From a virus, in IMG/VR virus record IMGVR_UViG_3300044846_002555, positions 78,860 through 142,859 of that record: a stretch of 64,000 nt of DNA; one strand, written 5' to 3'. Shown here piece after piece: positions 9,701 to 18,918 of the stretch. The notes below the pieces were generated by a model that saw nothing but the letters and a program-made list of their open reading frames with translations, was not told the DNA's origin and did no database searches. A program made the position numbers and the translations under genes. Positions within the stretch are counted from its first letter, which is position 1; every line of letters starts with the position of its first letter.

Positions 9701-11916
9701 GAAAAACATCCTGATGATGTATTTCCTAATCCACCACCAATAAATGAACAAGCACCACATGCACAATTTGATATACCACCACCAATCGTTGAATGACTTC
9801 CACATGATATATTAGACTCACCACCACCAATTGTTGAGTAATTACAATATGTTCTATTATACGAACCTCCGGCTATTGTTGAACAATTACCGTAAGTGCA
9901 ATTGTGATTACCGCCACCAATAAATGAATTATAACCTGACGATAAATTATTAGTACCATTACCAATAAATGAGTATTGACCACTAGCGACATTATAACTT
10001 CCCGCCCCAATAAATGACGAATAATTACTTGATGTATTACTTGAACCACCACCTATAAAAGATTTAATACCGCTAGCAGTATTTTGTTGACCTCCAACAA
10101 CACTTGACGCATTTCCACTTGCGGTGTTTAATACTCCCGCTCCAATAAACGAGCCGTATGAACCACTTGCGTTATTACAATAACCCCCACCGATAAATGA
10201 CCAATTTCCTGTTGATGTATTTTTACAACCACCACCAATAAATGAATGTGTTCCTCCACTAACTATATTTTGTCGTCCACCAACCACAACTGAAAAATCT
10301 GTTGTTGCAGAGTTTGATAAACCACCTAATACTGCACTACAATTTCCTGATGCAAGATTACTAACACCACATCTAACAGATGAGTTAACGCCTGTTCCTG
10401 TAATGATTACGGCTGATGAACCACCTCCACCACCGGCAATAGGTACTAAAAGTCCATTTGTACTAACTCCAACATAACAACCACTACAAGTACTCATAGA
10501 AGTAATAATCATGTCGTTAACAAATGTCGTACAATCTCTATTTGATGTTATATTTGAACCAATAATGAAAGATTCATTATTTGAAACCGTATTATTCACA
10601 CCTCCGGCTATAAAACTTCCAACACCAATGGCGTTATTTGTTCCACCACCAACTATTGATGAAAGAACACCACTTGCGGTATTTGAACCAAACGAATTCC
10701 CACCACCACCTACAAATGAACGATATCCTGATGCGGTATTACCGCAACCTCCACCAACAAAAGAACCATCACACGACGCGGTATTCTTACTACCACCACC
10801 AATTGTTGAGGTAGTACCTGATGCTATATTACAAAAACCACCACCTATTGTTGAATCATTACCTGATGATATGTTAATACGTCCACCACCAATGAATGAA
10901 CAAGTTCCTGATATTGAATTACATTGACCACCGGCAATTGTTGATTTATCACCACAAACGGTATTTGATTGACCACCTCCAATAGTTGAACTATCACAAT
11001 AAGCTTTATTACCACCACCTCCGGCAATTGTTGAGTTGTTGGATAAGGCTTGATTACAATAACCACCACCAACGGTTGCGTCACCATTATTTGGATATGG
11101 TCCGGTAACACAAGCTATATTATATCCACCACCTGCAATAGTATTTCTTGGTCCGACAACAAGATTACAACAACCACCACCTATTGTTGATGTATTTCCT
11201 GATATTCTATTTAAATGACCACCACCAATAAATGAATGAGTTCCTCCGCTAATAACGTTTTGACAACCTCCACCAATTGTTGCTCCGGATGTTGTTAATA
11301 TGTTACAAAATCCACCACTTATAGTTGAATCATTATTTGATACCGTATTACAACGACCACCTCCAATTATTGAGCAACAACCCGATACGACATTACAATA
11401 ACCACCACCAATTGATGAAATAAATCCTGAAACCTCATTTCTACATCCACCACCAATAATTGAGGCATTCCCTGACGCAGTATTTCTAGTACCACCACCA
11501 ACAGTTGAAGCGAAACTTCCTGATATATTACAACGACCACCACTTATTGTTGAATAACAACCTGCGTTATTATTTTTATAACCACCACCAATTAATGAAT
11601 GTGTTCCACCACTAACTATATTTTGTCGTCCACCAACAACCATTGAATAATTTGTTGTTGCTGAATTTGATAACCCTCCTAACGCGCCGGAATTATTACC
11701 ACATGCTAGATTATTAACATCTCTTCTAATTGATGAGTTAACACCTGTTCCACTTACAATTACAACAAATGGTGAACCACTAATTGCTTCGTCAATTGTT
11801 GATTTATATGATGAACCTGCAGGATTCTGAGTCGGGTTATTAGTATCAACAATGTGAATTAATGTTTGATTAGTTGTAAACCCTGATGGTGAATATGTTC
11901 TTTGAGTTAAAATCAT
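6745..11916 (-). CDS. Gly/Cys-rich repeat tail fibre / adhesin (beta-helix-like)
   Basis: dozens of ~14-aa S-x-I-G-G-G-x-x-N repeats; non-repeat C-terminal domain; TATTTAT upstream. Confidence 0.7.
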   Translation of the reverse strand: MILTQRTYSPSGFTTNQTLIHIVDTNNPTQNPAGSSYKSTIDEAISGSPFVVIVSGTGVNSSIRRDVNNLACGNNSGALGGLSNSATTNYSMVVGGRQNIVSGGTHSLIGGGYKNNNAGCYSTISGGRCNISGSFASTVGGGTRNTASGNASIIGGGCRNEVSGFISSIGGGYCNVVSGCCSIIGGGRCNTVSNNDSTISGGFCNILTTSGATIGGGCQNVISGGTHSFIGGGHLNRISGNTSTIGGGCCNLVVGPRNTIAGGGYNIACVTGPYPNNGDATVGGGYCNQALSNNSTIAGGGGNKAYCDSSTIGGGQSNTVCGDKSTIAGGQCNSISGTCSFIGGGRINISSGNDSTIGGGFCNIASGTTSTIGGGSKNTASCDGSFVGGGCGNTASGYRSFVGGGGNSFGSNTASGVLSSIVGGGTNNAIGVGSFIAGGVNNTVSNNESFIIGSNITSNRDCTTFVNDMIITSMSTCSGCYVGVSTNGLLVPIAGGGGGSSAVIITGTGVNSSVRCGVSNLASGNCSAVLGGLSNSATTDFSVVVGGRQNIVSGGTHSFIGGGCKNTSTGNWSFIGGGYCNNASGSYGSFIGAGVLNTASGNASSVVGGQQNTASGIKSFIGGGSSNTSSNYSSFIGAGSYNVASGQYSFIGNGTNNLSSGYNSFIGGGNHNCTYGNCSTIAGGSYNRTYCNYSTIGGGESNISCGSHSTIGGGISNCACGACSFIGGGLGNTSSGCFSFVGGGCCNTTCCNNSTIAGGRLNLVCGTYSTIGGGFYNCITSNTMNPSNSVIAGGTNNKICNEFGFIGGGRGNLISGTTGVGEDGVIAGGTANKTYGVRAAILGGCGNCLAQCSYGGGIVSGNNNKVVLEFGVIGGGSVNVSYARHSIIGGGTLNFIGNSQLISSYSANTCTLQLFGNQLSSFSVNDLLLTYDNFGCSRNVVITGQTYSSPYTNLYVSGATVSVSPFSSSQPFLRNFTTSSGGFCQGFIGGGIGNTVSGATSSIVGGSQNTITSTHSFIGGGCKNFVVGNSSTIGGGCNNIATGTTSTIAGGICNQAIGVCSTIGGGFKNISSCNYSTVSGGQCNTASGLRSSILGGFCNTASGNCSFVGGGCKNTASGLCSIIGGGRSNSVSGSDSFIGGGIDNVISGNTSTIGGGALNVVYCLGATISGGQSQRIFGDGGTIGGGIDNRVYGILGTVGGGSNNNSSGYTSTIGGGCINIINARFSTIGGGLNNRIQSPNNECCSLGTTIGGGIFNNTSGGTFNFTTGAVTTSPTCTFNAGKLSTISGGYRNIASGACSTIGGGVCNLSSGSWSTVVGGRCNVSSGATSTIGGGYKNRACGNCSVIAGGCDNTSSSCYFTTISGGYSNVICGRISTIGGGAKNRLSGATSTISGGYNNISSGDTSTIGGGQKNNSSGGCSTIGGGYCNITIGNSSFIGGGNNNTTRLSFSFIGGGNGNCITCQWVYGYSAIVSGMSNRTHGDSNFIGGGQSNCIATPALSSTTLSVIVGGNVNGVCSSGSFVGGGNGNVVFSGCSAIVGGISNISCGTHSFIGGGCGNTTTGCYSSILGGTLSCAPRFGQRSFSSGSFNGLIKGTSQQIDLVGRNKTTNATPVNIFLDGTTQLISVIAGTAMFVTVNIGGIKSDGSGGAHYIRKVAIKNVGGVTSLIGTVSTIGTDVETNSSYDVAITADDTNDALDIQVTGVVGETLRWTIHIEGIEIVYGT
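10256..11637. repeat. internal duplication in fibre gene (29-nt identical core at 10256-10284 and 11609-11637)
   Basis: ccactaactatattttgtcgtccaccaac occurs twice within ~170-nt similar segments that each start a repeat block. Confidence 0.85.
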
Positions 11917-11946
11917 TGGTTTTTGTTTTATACTATAAATAGTTCA

Positions 11947-12252
11947 TTATTGGAAATCGAATATCTCAAAGTCCATAAATTCAAAATATTCGTAATCTTG
12001 GAATTGTTTTGGAACTGGTGGTAATAAGTTACAATATACCACTTCAAATCTTTCACAACCATCCCCATAAATAACTTTAATACCTACTGCGGCAACATTA
12101 TTAAATTGTGGAGGTAAGACAATAACATTATCCGGAGGTACTGATGTAACAATTGTTGCAATTAATATACATTGGTTACCATAAACATCACACGCATAAA
12201 TTGTATACGGGAAGTTTGAACCTGTAATTGATTGTATGTTAATTGCTGTCAT
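11947..12252 (-). CDS. small virion protein, paralog of 15388-15603
   Basis: shared I-x-x-ITG-x-x-P-Y/F-x-I/V-Y-x-CD pattern. Confidence 0.55.
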   Translation of the reverse strand: MTAINIQSITGSNFPYTIYACDVYGNQCILIATIVTSVPPDNVIVLPPQFNNVAAVGIKVIYGDGCERFEVVYCNLLPPVPKQFQDYEYFEFMDFEIFDFQ

Positions 12253-12255
12253 ATG

Positions 12256-14460
12256 TTAAAAAGCGTATGATGGGTTAAATGATGTAACTACCCCATTAAC
12301 AACTGTTACCGCTGTAACGGGATAGTTTGATGTGGTTATTGCACCATTAACAATTATATTTGAGTTGATTGTGAAAGTGTTACTTGTAACTCCTTGTGTC
12401 ACTTCAAAGTCATAAAGAGTTACCTCTTGACGTTTAGATTGACCTGATGATAATGTTCGTCCTTTAGAACTGTAATCACATGTTTGTGATGATAATGAGG
12501 GTATTTGTATATATGGTGAACTATTACCCGAAAAAGGGATGGTTGAATTATATGTGTCACAAAAATTGTAAAAACCATAAACCCTATATTTTGGATTATT
12601 TTGTGATACTAAATTTATATAACTATATTTAGCAAAAGGGTCAATATATCTTGAACCGGTATTATTGGTTAATACTCTATTATTACTTGTGGCAATTGAT
12701 GAATTATTAATATTAGTTACAATAGAATTTGTAACAAATTCACAACCAACATCACAATTTGTAAAATTTAAATTATTTTGAATTGTTGGCATTGTTATTT
12801 TTAAGGTATAGTTATTAGAGGTCTCACCTGTTTCTACAATACTTGAAAAGTGGATATTATAAGTCAATTCCTCAATATTATCACCACAAGGTTGATTATT
12901 TGGTGTGTTAGGTATTGAAAGTATTGCGTATTGATAATAAAGAATATTTGTTGAGTCATTAATCCATCCAGACGATGATTTTTTCGATTCATAAGATGAT
13001 TTATATGCGATTAAATCACTTAAATTACTAAAAGTCATATTAATAACACCTTCTACTGATGGACCTGGTATATTTTTTATAAATGAAATAGTATTTGTGT
13101 TTTGAAGTGAGCAAGAGATTTGTCCACCAATCGGTTGTAGGTTACATTGAACATAGTTTGTAGTTGTGTAAGCCTCGCGAGTTATTAATGAAGTTGTATT
13201 ATTACAGAAAACTTGTTCAAAATTATTATTAATATTTACTGATGTTTCTGTTGCCATATACTTATAAATGTCAGAGTTTGTAATTGCGGATGTGGTACAT
13301 CCTGATAGATTAAATTTAATAGTGTTTAGACCACAAGAAGCAGGGATGTTTATAATAGATGAAGTATCTATTTTATATGGGCTGTTTAAATAATCATCTA
13401 AACATAATGAACAATCAAAAGTATCTAAACAAGTAAAATAAAAATCCCAATTGGTTTGTTGATTATTTGGATTCGGAATCACTTCTAAAATTAAATAATC
13501 GCCAGGATTTCTAGATAATGATGTTAATGAAGTCACTTTAGATAAATAAGTACTATCTGGAATCCCGGAATTAATAAATGAACGCGTTGATGCTGATTTA
13601 GGTAATGTTAATAAATTTAAATTTGTAACGGTATCAACACCTATCGTTATAAATTCTAAAATAATTGGTTCACTATATGATGAACCATAAAAAGTGATTT
13701 TAAGAGTGTCAGGGACATTATTACCTTTAAACTTCCATGCAAAATAATCAGTTGTTGCTGATAATTCAAATGTTGAATTTATTGCTAATGGGATTACACC
13801 TGCCGCGGCACCGGCAAAATTAACTCTATGAGTATAATCCCCCTCTTCAGTTCCATTATCACATCTAAATGGTGCAACATTAACAGTTATTGCGTTAAAA
13901 CAATCTAACTCGGCTTGTATATAATTAGTACCACCTGTTTGAGAGAAATTAAGACCATCTAATTTAACTTTATCGATTATTGGAATATAATTTCCGGCTG
14001 GTTGCATTAGATTGGATAGTGGGTGTGTATTTTCGTAGGGTGAAAATTCACTACCATAACCTGATGTAAACGCTAATTGATTAGGGTTATCAGGTCCGTA
14101 CCAAAATATTCTATAATCAGATATTGTGTTTTGACAGCTACCGGTTAATTCTCCCGCAACTATTACTCCAACAGTATTAGTTTCATAATCCTCAAATCCT
14201 AATTCACACGTTTCACATAAATCGTTAGATAATATATCAATAGTAACACAACATTTTGATAATGTATCAATAATTTTAATAATTGTTGTCCCGTCAGGTA
14301 CATTACCCATAATGTATGGACAGTTGTTAAATAATTGAGAATAAGTTACGTTTGATTGGAACTCATTAAAAAATTGGTCAACATTAGAATAAATGTTGAA
14401 TAACCCTCCTAATGGTATTGTACCGGAATTTGTTAAACAAGTTGATGCTGAAAATGACAT
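12256..14460 (-). CDS. beta-rich putative virion protein
   Basis: 734-aa N/T/S/C-rich ORF in the structural operon. Confidence 0.5.
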   Translation of the reverse strand: MSFSASTCLTNSGTIPLGGLFNIYSNVDQFFNEFQSNVTYSQLFNNCPYIMGNVPDGTTIIKIIDTLSKCCVTIDILSNDLCETCELGFEDYETNTVGVIVAGELTGSCQNTISDYRIFWYGPDNPNQLAFTSGYGSEFSPYENTHPLSNLMQPAGNYIPIIDKVKLDGLNFSQTGGTNYIQAELDCFNAITVNVAPFRCDNGTEEGDYTHRVNFAGAAAGVIPLAINSTFELSATTDYFAWKFKGNNVPDTLKITFYGSSYSEPIILEFITIGVDTVTNLNLLTLPKSASTRSFINSGIPDSTYLSKVTSLTSLSRNPGDYLILEVIPNPNNQQTNWDFYFTCLDTFDCSLCLDDYLNSPYKIDTSSIINIPASCGLNTIKFNLSGCTTSAITNSDIYKYMATETSVNINNNFEQVFCNNTTSLITREAYTTTNYVQCNLQPIGGQISCSLQNTNTISFIKNIPGPSVEGVINMTFSNLSDLIAYKSSYESKKSSSGWINDSTNILYYQYAILSIPNTPNNQPCGDNIEELTYNIHFSSIVETGETSNNYTLKITMPTIQNNLNFTNCDVGCEFVTNSIVTNINNSSIATSNNRVLTNNTGSRYIDPFAKYSYINLVSQNNPKYRVYGFYNFCDTYNSTIPFSGNSSPYIQIPSLSSQTCDYSSKGRTLSSGQSKRQEVTLYDFEVTQGVTSNTFTINSNIIVNGAITTSNYPVTAVTVVNGVVTSFNPSYAF

Positions 14461-14474
14461 ATATATTTTAAATT

Positions 14475-15386
14475 TTAAGTTTTAGTATAAGCATAACCTT
14501 CTAATCCACAAGTAGTGATACATTCTGAAGGCATTCCTGATGGAGTTACTGTTGGTGTCGGTGATGGTGTTGGTACAATTGATTCAGAACAGAAAATACA
14601 ATCCGCACCTATTTGACTTCCATAAGGTCCAATTAGTAATGTAATGTTATCAATACCAATTGTGTTATTATTTATACCCATATAACTGATACAAATAATT
14701 TCACCATTAACATTCGCTTGATAAACTTCAAATTGTGTGATAGTATTACCGGTAGGTGTTATAATTTGATTAGTTGTGAATAACATCTTACCTGTACCAT
14801 AACACTCTTGGAATTGATAACTATAAGGACATACTATATTGTCGTCTATAGTGTTAAATGTTACCCCACCTTCAAAAGTACAATCACGACTAATCACCGG
14901 TGACGATGATGGTGTTATTGTTGGAGTTGGAGTTGGTGTTGGTGACACACTTTGAATTGTTGCGCTTATAATAACATTACATAAGTTAGTTGGTGTCGGA
15001 GTTGGTGTTGGTGTTGAGGTTGTTGTTGGAGTTGGAGTAGGTGTAGGTGTTGCGGGAAAATCACAATCAAAAATAGCTGAAAAATTTAAACTTGAACAAT
15101 TTTGAGTTGGACTAGGTGTGGGTGTTGGACACGCTCCACTTGAGAAATAAACATCATCTAAATCCGGACATGGGTTAAAACAAGGTGACTGACCTGATAA
15201 ATCACAAGTTCCGTCTAAAGCGGTTGATAAACACCATTGAGTTGACCCTGTGTTATAATAAATAAATAATCCATTTGTTTGACCGGTCCAATATAGTTCG
15301 GAGTTATGTGTCCCGGCACTAAAATAGATATCATCAAATGTTGGGTAACCAGTGTTTGAAAGGCAATATATTGAACTACACGGCAT
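14475..15386 (-). CDS. Pro-Thr-linker, Cys-rich putative virion protein
   Basis: four PTPT tracts separating Cys-rich modules. Confidence 0.55.
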   Translation of the reverse strand: MPCSSIYCLSNTGYPTFDDIYFSAGTHNSELYWTGQTNGLFIYYNTGSTQWCLSTALDGTCDLSGQSPCFNPCPDLDDVYFSSGACPTPTPSPTQNCSSLNFSAIFDCDFPATPTPTPTPTTTSTPTPTPTPTNLCNVIISATIQSVSPTPTPTPTITPSSSPVISRDCTFEGGVTFNTIDDNIVCPYSYQFQECYGTGKMLFTTNQIITPTGNTITQFEVYQANVNGEIICISYMGINNNTIGIDNITLLIGPYGSQIGADCIFCSESIVPTPSPTPTVTPSGMPSECITTCGLEGYAYTKT

Positions 15387-15387
15387 A

Positions 15388-15603
15388 TTATAATGTTAAA
15401 TTTAAAATTGATTCACAATTATTGTCATCAATAACTTTTATGTTAAAAGATGTTAACGAACTCCAAATAGGTGGTATTGTTACATTATATGGAAACGTTG
15501 AAATTGTGTCTATATATATTGATAAAGTAATAGGGTTATCGCATAGATACACTTGAAAAGGCGATGCTCCGGTAATATTACTTATAGTTATTTGTGTGCT
15601 CAT
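15388..15603 (-). CDS. small virion protein
   Basis: first gene of the minus-strand operon; TATTTAT (ATAAATA at 15621-15627) upstream. Confidence 0.55.
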   Translation of the reverse strand: MSTQITISNITGASPFQVYLCDNPITLSIYIDTISTFPYNVTIPPIWSSLTSFNIKVIDDNNCESILNLTL

Positions 15604-15652
15604 TTCTTTAGGTTATCTCAATAAATATAATGGGAATGAAAAACTTGTGAAG

Positions 15653-15684
15653 ATTGACAGTTATATTATTTTTTCTTATCTTTG
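15653..15684 (+). promoter_or_regulatory. Bacteroidota-type promoter (ATTG-N20-TATCTTTG)
   Basis: -7 box TATCTTTG at 15677-15684, 4 nt before the primase ATG. Confidence 0.7.
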
Positions 15685-15688
15685 CTGT

Positions 15689-16588
15689 ATGTCAGATGAT
15701 GCGGAAATTTTATTAGAAATACTACACGATATTCTTGGAGATGAAAAACTCCACTATGAATCAAAAGGTCAAATATCTTTTGACTGTCCGATATGCGATG
15801 AAGACCAACATAAAGGAAACCTCGAGGTAAATTACTTTGAACACGTATATAAGTGTTGGAGTTGTGGTGATGAGAATAACACAAAAGGCCCTCTTGGTAA
15901 ACTTATAGATAACTTTGGAGACAAGAAACAAAAGAAAATATATAACTTACTTCAACCTGAAAACCATAAACCAAAAGAGAAACGTAAGGATTATTTAAAG
16001 TTACCGACAGGATTTACATTATTTAAAGATAGTAGTTTGGTTTATCCGGTTCGTCGTCAAGCTTACAATTACCTTAAACAACGTGGTATTACTGATGAGA
16101 TTATTGAGAAGTATGGTATTGGGTTCTGTGATACGGGAGCATTCTCGGGTAGAATTATTATACCGTCTTATGATAATAAGGGTGTTTTAAATTATTTTAT
16201 TGCAAGAAGTTGGGACCCAAACTCAAGGGCAAAATATAAAAATCCTGAAGCGTCCAAAGATGAGATAATATTTTTTGAGAACACAATAAATTGGAATGAA
16301 GATATCCATCTTTGTGAAGGTGCGTTTGATGCTATATTCCTACCTAATAGTATTGCTATGTTAGGGAAACATATGTCCGAGTTATTACTTAACACGTTGT
16401 ATGAGAAAGCTAATGGTAATATAATTATATGTCTCGATTCAGATGCTTGGGCAGATGCTGTTAAGTTATACCACAATTTAAATGGTGGTAGATTATATGG
16501 TAAGGTTAAAATAATAAAATTAACGGGTGATGCTGATGTTGCCGATTTAAGGGGTAACATCAGTGATTACTATTATAAAATGAAATAG
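15689..16588 (+). CDS. DNA primase (DnaG-like)
   Basis: CPIC...CWSC Zn finger, GRIIIP, TOPRIM EGAFDAI and DSDA; start MSDDAE. Confidence 0.9.
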   Translation: MSDDAEILLEILHDILGDEKLHYESKGQISFDCPICDEDQHKGNLEVNYFEHVYKCWSCGDENNTKGPLGKLIDNFGDKKQKKIYNLLQPENHKPKEKRKDYLKLPTGFTLFKDSSLVYPVRRQAYNYLKQRGITDEIIEKYGIGFCDTGAFSGRIIIPSYDNKGVLNYFIARSWDPNSRAKYKNPEASKDEIIFFENTINWNEDIHLCEGAFDAIFLPNSIAMLGKHMSELLLNTLYEKANGNIIICLDSDAWADAVKLYHNLNGGRLYGKVKIIKLTGDADVADLRGNISDYYYKMK

Positions 16589-17452
16589 ATGATTGATTTA
16601 AATGAAGTTGCAAAAGAAATAAGAGGGTTATTAGATAAACGAAGAGAAGAACTTGAACTAACATTCGTTGAGGACACCCACACTTATTATATGAAGGATG
16701 AGACCGGAGTTATTAGAAGTGATTATCCATCAGTTAGTAAGGTAATGAAATACTTCTATGAAGAGTTTGATACTGAAGGGATATCATTCAAGAAAGCCAA
16801 AGGTGACGTGTTTGTCCAACAACAATTATTAGATGAGTGGAAAGCTGCTGGGGATTATTCAACTAATATGGGTAGTAGGGTTCACTATATGTTAGAGAAG
16901 AAAACCATTGAAATGTTTGGAAATTACAAAGAAGTAAGACAACCAATATTTGAATGTGACTTCACCCAAATATTAAAAGGTGATAGTATGATATCTGCCG
17001 GAACAGCATACTTAAACCTTATGATTGAGAGAGGTGCGGTGTTATTAGATACTGAGATTGTATTGGGTGACCCTGAATTAAAATATACCGGGCAACCCGA
17101 TAAGGTATGGTTGATAATGAATAAGGAACAAACCGAGTTTGGATTAGTGATAACCGATTGGAAATCAAATAAACCAAAGAACTTTGAGGAGAGTCATTTT
17201 ACCAAAAAAATGTATTATCCATTTGATAAATTACCAAACAACGCATTGGGTCACTACTTTACTCAATTACCATTTTATGGGAAACTCCTTATTAAAATGT
17301 TACAAGGAACAAAATATGAGAACATAAAATTGTATGGGTGTATTATAGTTCTTGTTAAAGAAATTGGGGAGTATGAAGAATTCCGTGTTCCAAAAGGAGT
17401 TCAAGAAACAATATTACAAATGGATATGTCGAAGTATTTGACTAAAAAATAA
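16589..17452 (+). CDS. PD-(D/E)XK exonuclease
   Basis: HTYY, SVS, GSRVH, GQPDKV, ITDWKSN, QLPFY motifs. Confidence 0.8.
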   Translation: MIDLNEVAKEIRGLLDKRREELELTFVEDTHTYYMKDETGVIRSDYPSVSKVMKYFYEEFDTEGISFKKAKGDVFVQQQLLDEWKAAGDYSTNMGSRVHYMLEKKTIEMFGNYKEVRQPIFECDFTQILKGDSMISAGTAYLNLMIERGAVLLDTEIVLGDPELKYTGQPDKVWLIMNKEQTEFGLVITDWKSNKPKNFEESHFTKKMYYPFDKLPNNALGHYFTQLPFYGKLLIKMLQGTKYENIKLYGCIIVLVKEIGEYEEFRVPKGVQETILQMDMSKYLTKK

Positions 17453-17480
17453 AAATTAACTAAATTTAAAATAAAAACAT

Positions 17481-17696
17481 ATGGACGATTTATTAAAACC
17501 AAAAATTGATTTAAAACAACAACCGACATTAGTGTGTGAGGAATGTAGTGGTATCTACTTCAAAGAAGTTGTGATGATAAAAAAAGTTAACAAATTGTTA
17601 ACAGGAAGTCAGGAAGATACTATCGTTCCGTTTCCAACTTACAGATGCGATGATTGTGGTCACGTAAATGAAGAATTTAAATTATTTGATAAGTAA
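17481..17696 (+). CDS. small zinc-ribbon protein
   Basis: CEEC...CDDCGH. Confidence 0.7.
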   Translation: MDDLLKPKIDLKQQPTLVCEECSGIYFKEVVMIKKVNKLLTGSQEDTIVPFPTYRCDDCGHVNEEFKLFDK

Positions 17697-17884
17697 TGAG
17701 ATTAATTAAACGACCTGAAGTTTGTGGTATTTGTACCGCATCATTGTGGTGGATACCAACAATGACTTACTTCATTATGAAAATGAATGGTGTTATTGCT
17801 CCGAGTAAAGAATGGGTGTGGTGGGTAGCAATTCCTGTTATGTTTTTAATTTGGGTATTATTAAATTGGAAAATAAAAAAATAA
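17696..17884 (+). CDS. small membrane protein
   Basis: two hydrophobic Trp-rich segments; overlapping stop/start. Confidence 0.55.
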   Translation: MRLIKRPEVCGICTASLWWIPTMTYFIMKMNGVIAPSKEWVWWVAIPVMFLIWVLLNWKIKK

Positions 17885-17885
17885 G

Positions 17886-18674
17886 ATGATAAAAAAATTA
17901 GTTCACTTTAGTGACTTACATATAAGATTATTTAAAGACCACGACTTATATCGTGGAATCTTGAATAATATGTTGGAACAATTCAGAGAGATTGCTCCGG
18001 ACAGAATTGTCTTTACCGGAGACCTAGTTCATTCCAAAAACCAAATGACACCGGAACTTATTGAGTTTGTTGCTTGGATTCTTACGGAATGTTCTCAAAT
18101 AGCAAAAACGATTATTATAATTGGAAACCACGACTTCTTGGAGAGTAACTCTTCAAGGTTGGATGCTCTTACACCAGTGATTGATTCGTTGAAGAACGAC
18201 AACATCGTGTATTTGAAGAACAGAGGTGAATATGAGGACGATAATGTTGATTGGGTAGTGTATTCATTACTTGACCATAACATTCCACCTGAGATTGAAA
18301 AAACCGGTAGATTGAAGATTGGTTTATTTCACGGGCCAGTTCAGGGATTAACAACCGACATTGGATATAAGTTTGAAACCGGATTTGAAACAGATAAATT
18401 TAACGGATGTGATTTGGTTTTATGTGGGGATATTCACAAAAGACAAATCTTTAATATTCCGGGTGGAAAGAAAGCATATATGGTGGGTTCGACAATTCAA
18501 CAGAACTATGGTGAGACCATAACCAAACACGGGTTTGGTATCTACAATCTTGAGACAGATGATTATTCATTTGTTGATTTGGATAATCCAAAACCTTTCT
18601 TATCATTTAAGATGAAATCATTTGATGATATAATAAACGGAACTGAAAAATTAGTTAATAGTGGGAAATCTTAG
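17886..18674 (+). CDS. Mre11/SbcD-like nuclease (gp47-like)
   Basis: DLH, GDLVH, GNHD, FHG, GDIH metallophosphoesterase motifs. Confidence 0.88.
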   Translation: MIKKLVHFSDLHIRLFKDHDLYRGILNNMLEQFREIAPDRIVFTGDLVHSKNQMTPELIEFVAWILTECSQIAKTIIIIGNHDFLESNSSRLDALTPVIDSLKNDNIVYLKNRGEYEDDNVDWVVYSLLDHNIPPEIEKTGRLKIGLFHGPVQGLTTDIGYKFETGFETDKFNGCDLVLCGDIHKRQIFNIPGGKKAYMVGSTIQQNYGETITKHGFGIYNLETDDYSFVDLDNPKPFLSFKMKSFDDIINGTEKLVNSGKS

Positions 18675-18918
18675 AGACAAATATACTGATGAAGAGTGGG
18701 ATGAACTTGAAAGAGAGATTGAACACGAAAAAAAATTGGGACAACCCGATGATAGGTATTTAACAATTTTTGTTGATAATTTAACTAAAGACCAATTAAT
18801 TCAACTCAAAAATAAATTAATTGAATGTGATACACCAAGACATCAATATTGGAGAATTGATGATTGGATAAAGTATAGAGAAAATAAAGAACGTGAGACA
18901 AATACAATTAACGACTAG
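18661..18918 (+). CDS. hypothetical protein
   Basis: ORF overlapping neighbours in the operon. Confidence 0.5.
   Translation: MGNLRDKYTDEEWDELEREIEHEKKLGQPDDRYLTIFVDNLTKDQLIQLKNKLIECDTPRHQYWRIDDWIKYRENKERETNTIND

Noticed and set aside
7143-11111. Pro-rich plus-strand ORFs and alternative-frame ORFs in the track (also 18919-19249, 28552-29113)
   Set aside because: Antisense or frame shadows of repetitive real genes.
10256-11637. Near-identical repeat pair in the fibre gene as a DGR template/variable repeat
   Set aside because: Both copies are coding and internal, differences are not restricted to adenines, and no reverse transcriptase is in the window.
6745-11916. Regular ccaccaccaat repeats as a CRISPR array
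   Set aside because: They are degenerate codon-level repeats of GGG-I on the minus strand with no constant repeat-spacer structure.
16586-16591. TAG directly followed in frame by the next ATG (also near 19928): stop-codon recoding or readthrough
   Set aside because: Long conserved genes are intact in code 11 with no internal TAG or TGA, and both proteins look complete.
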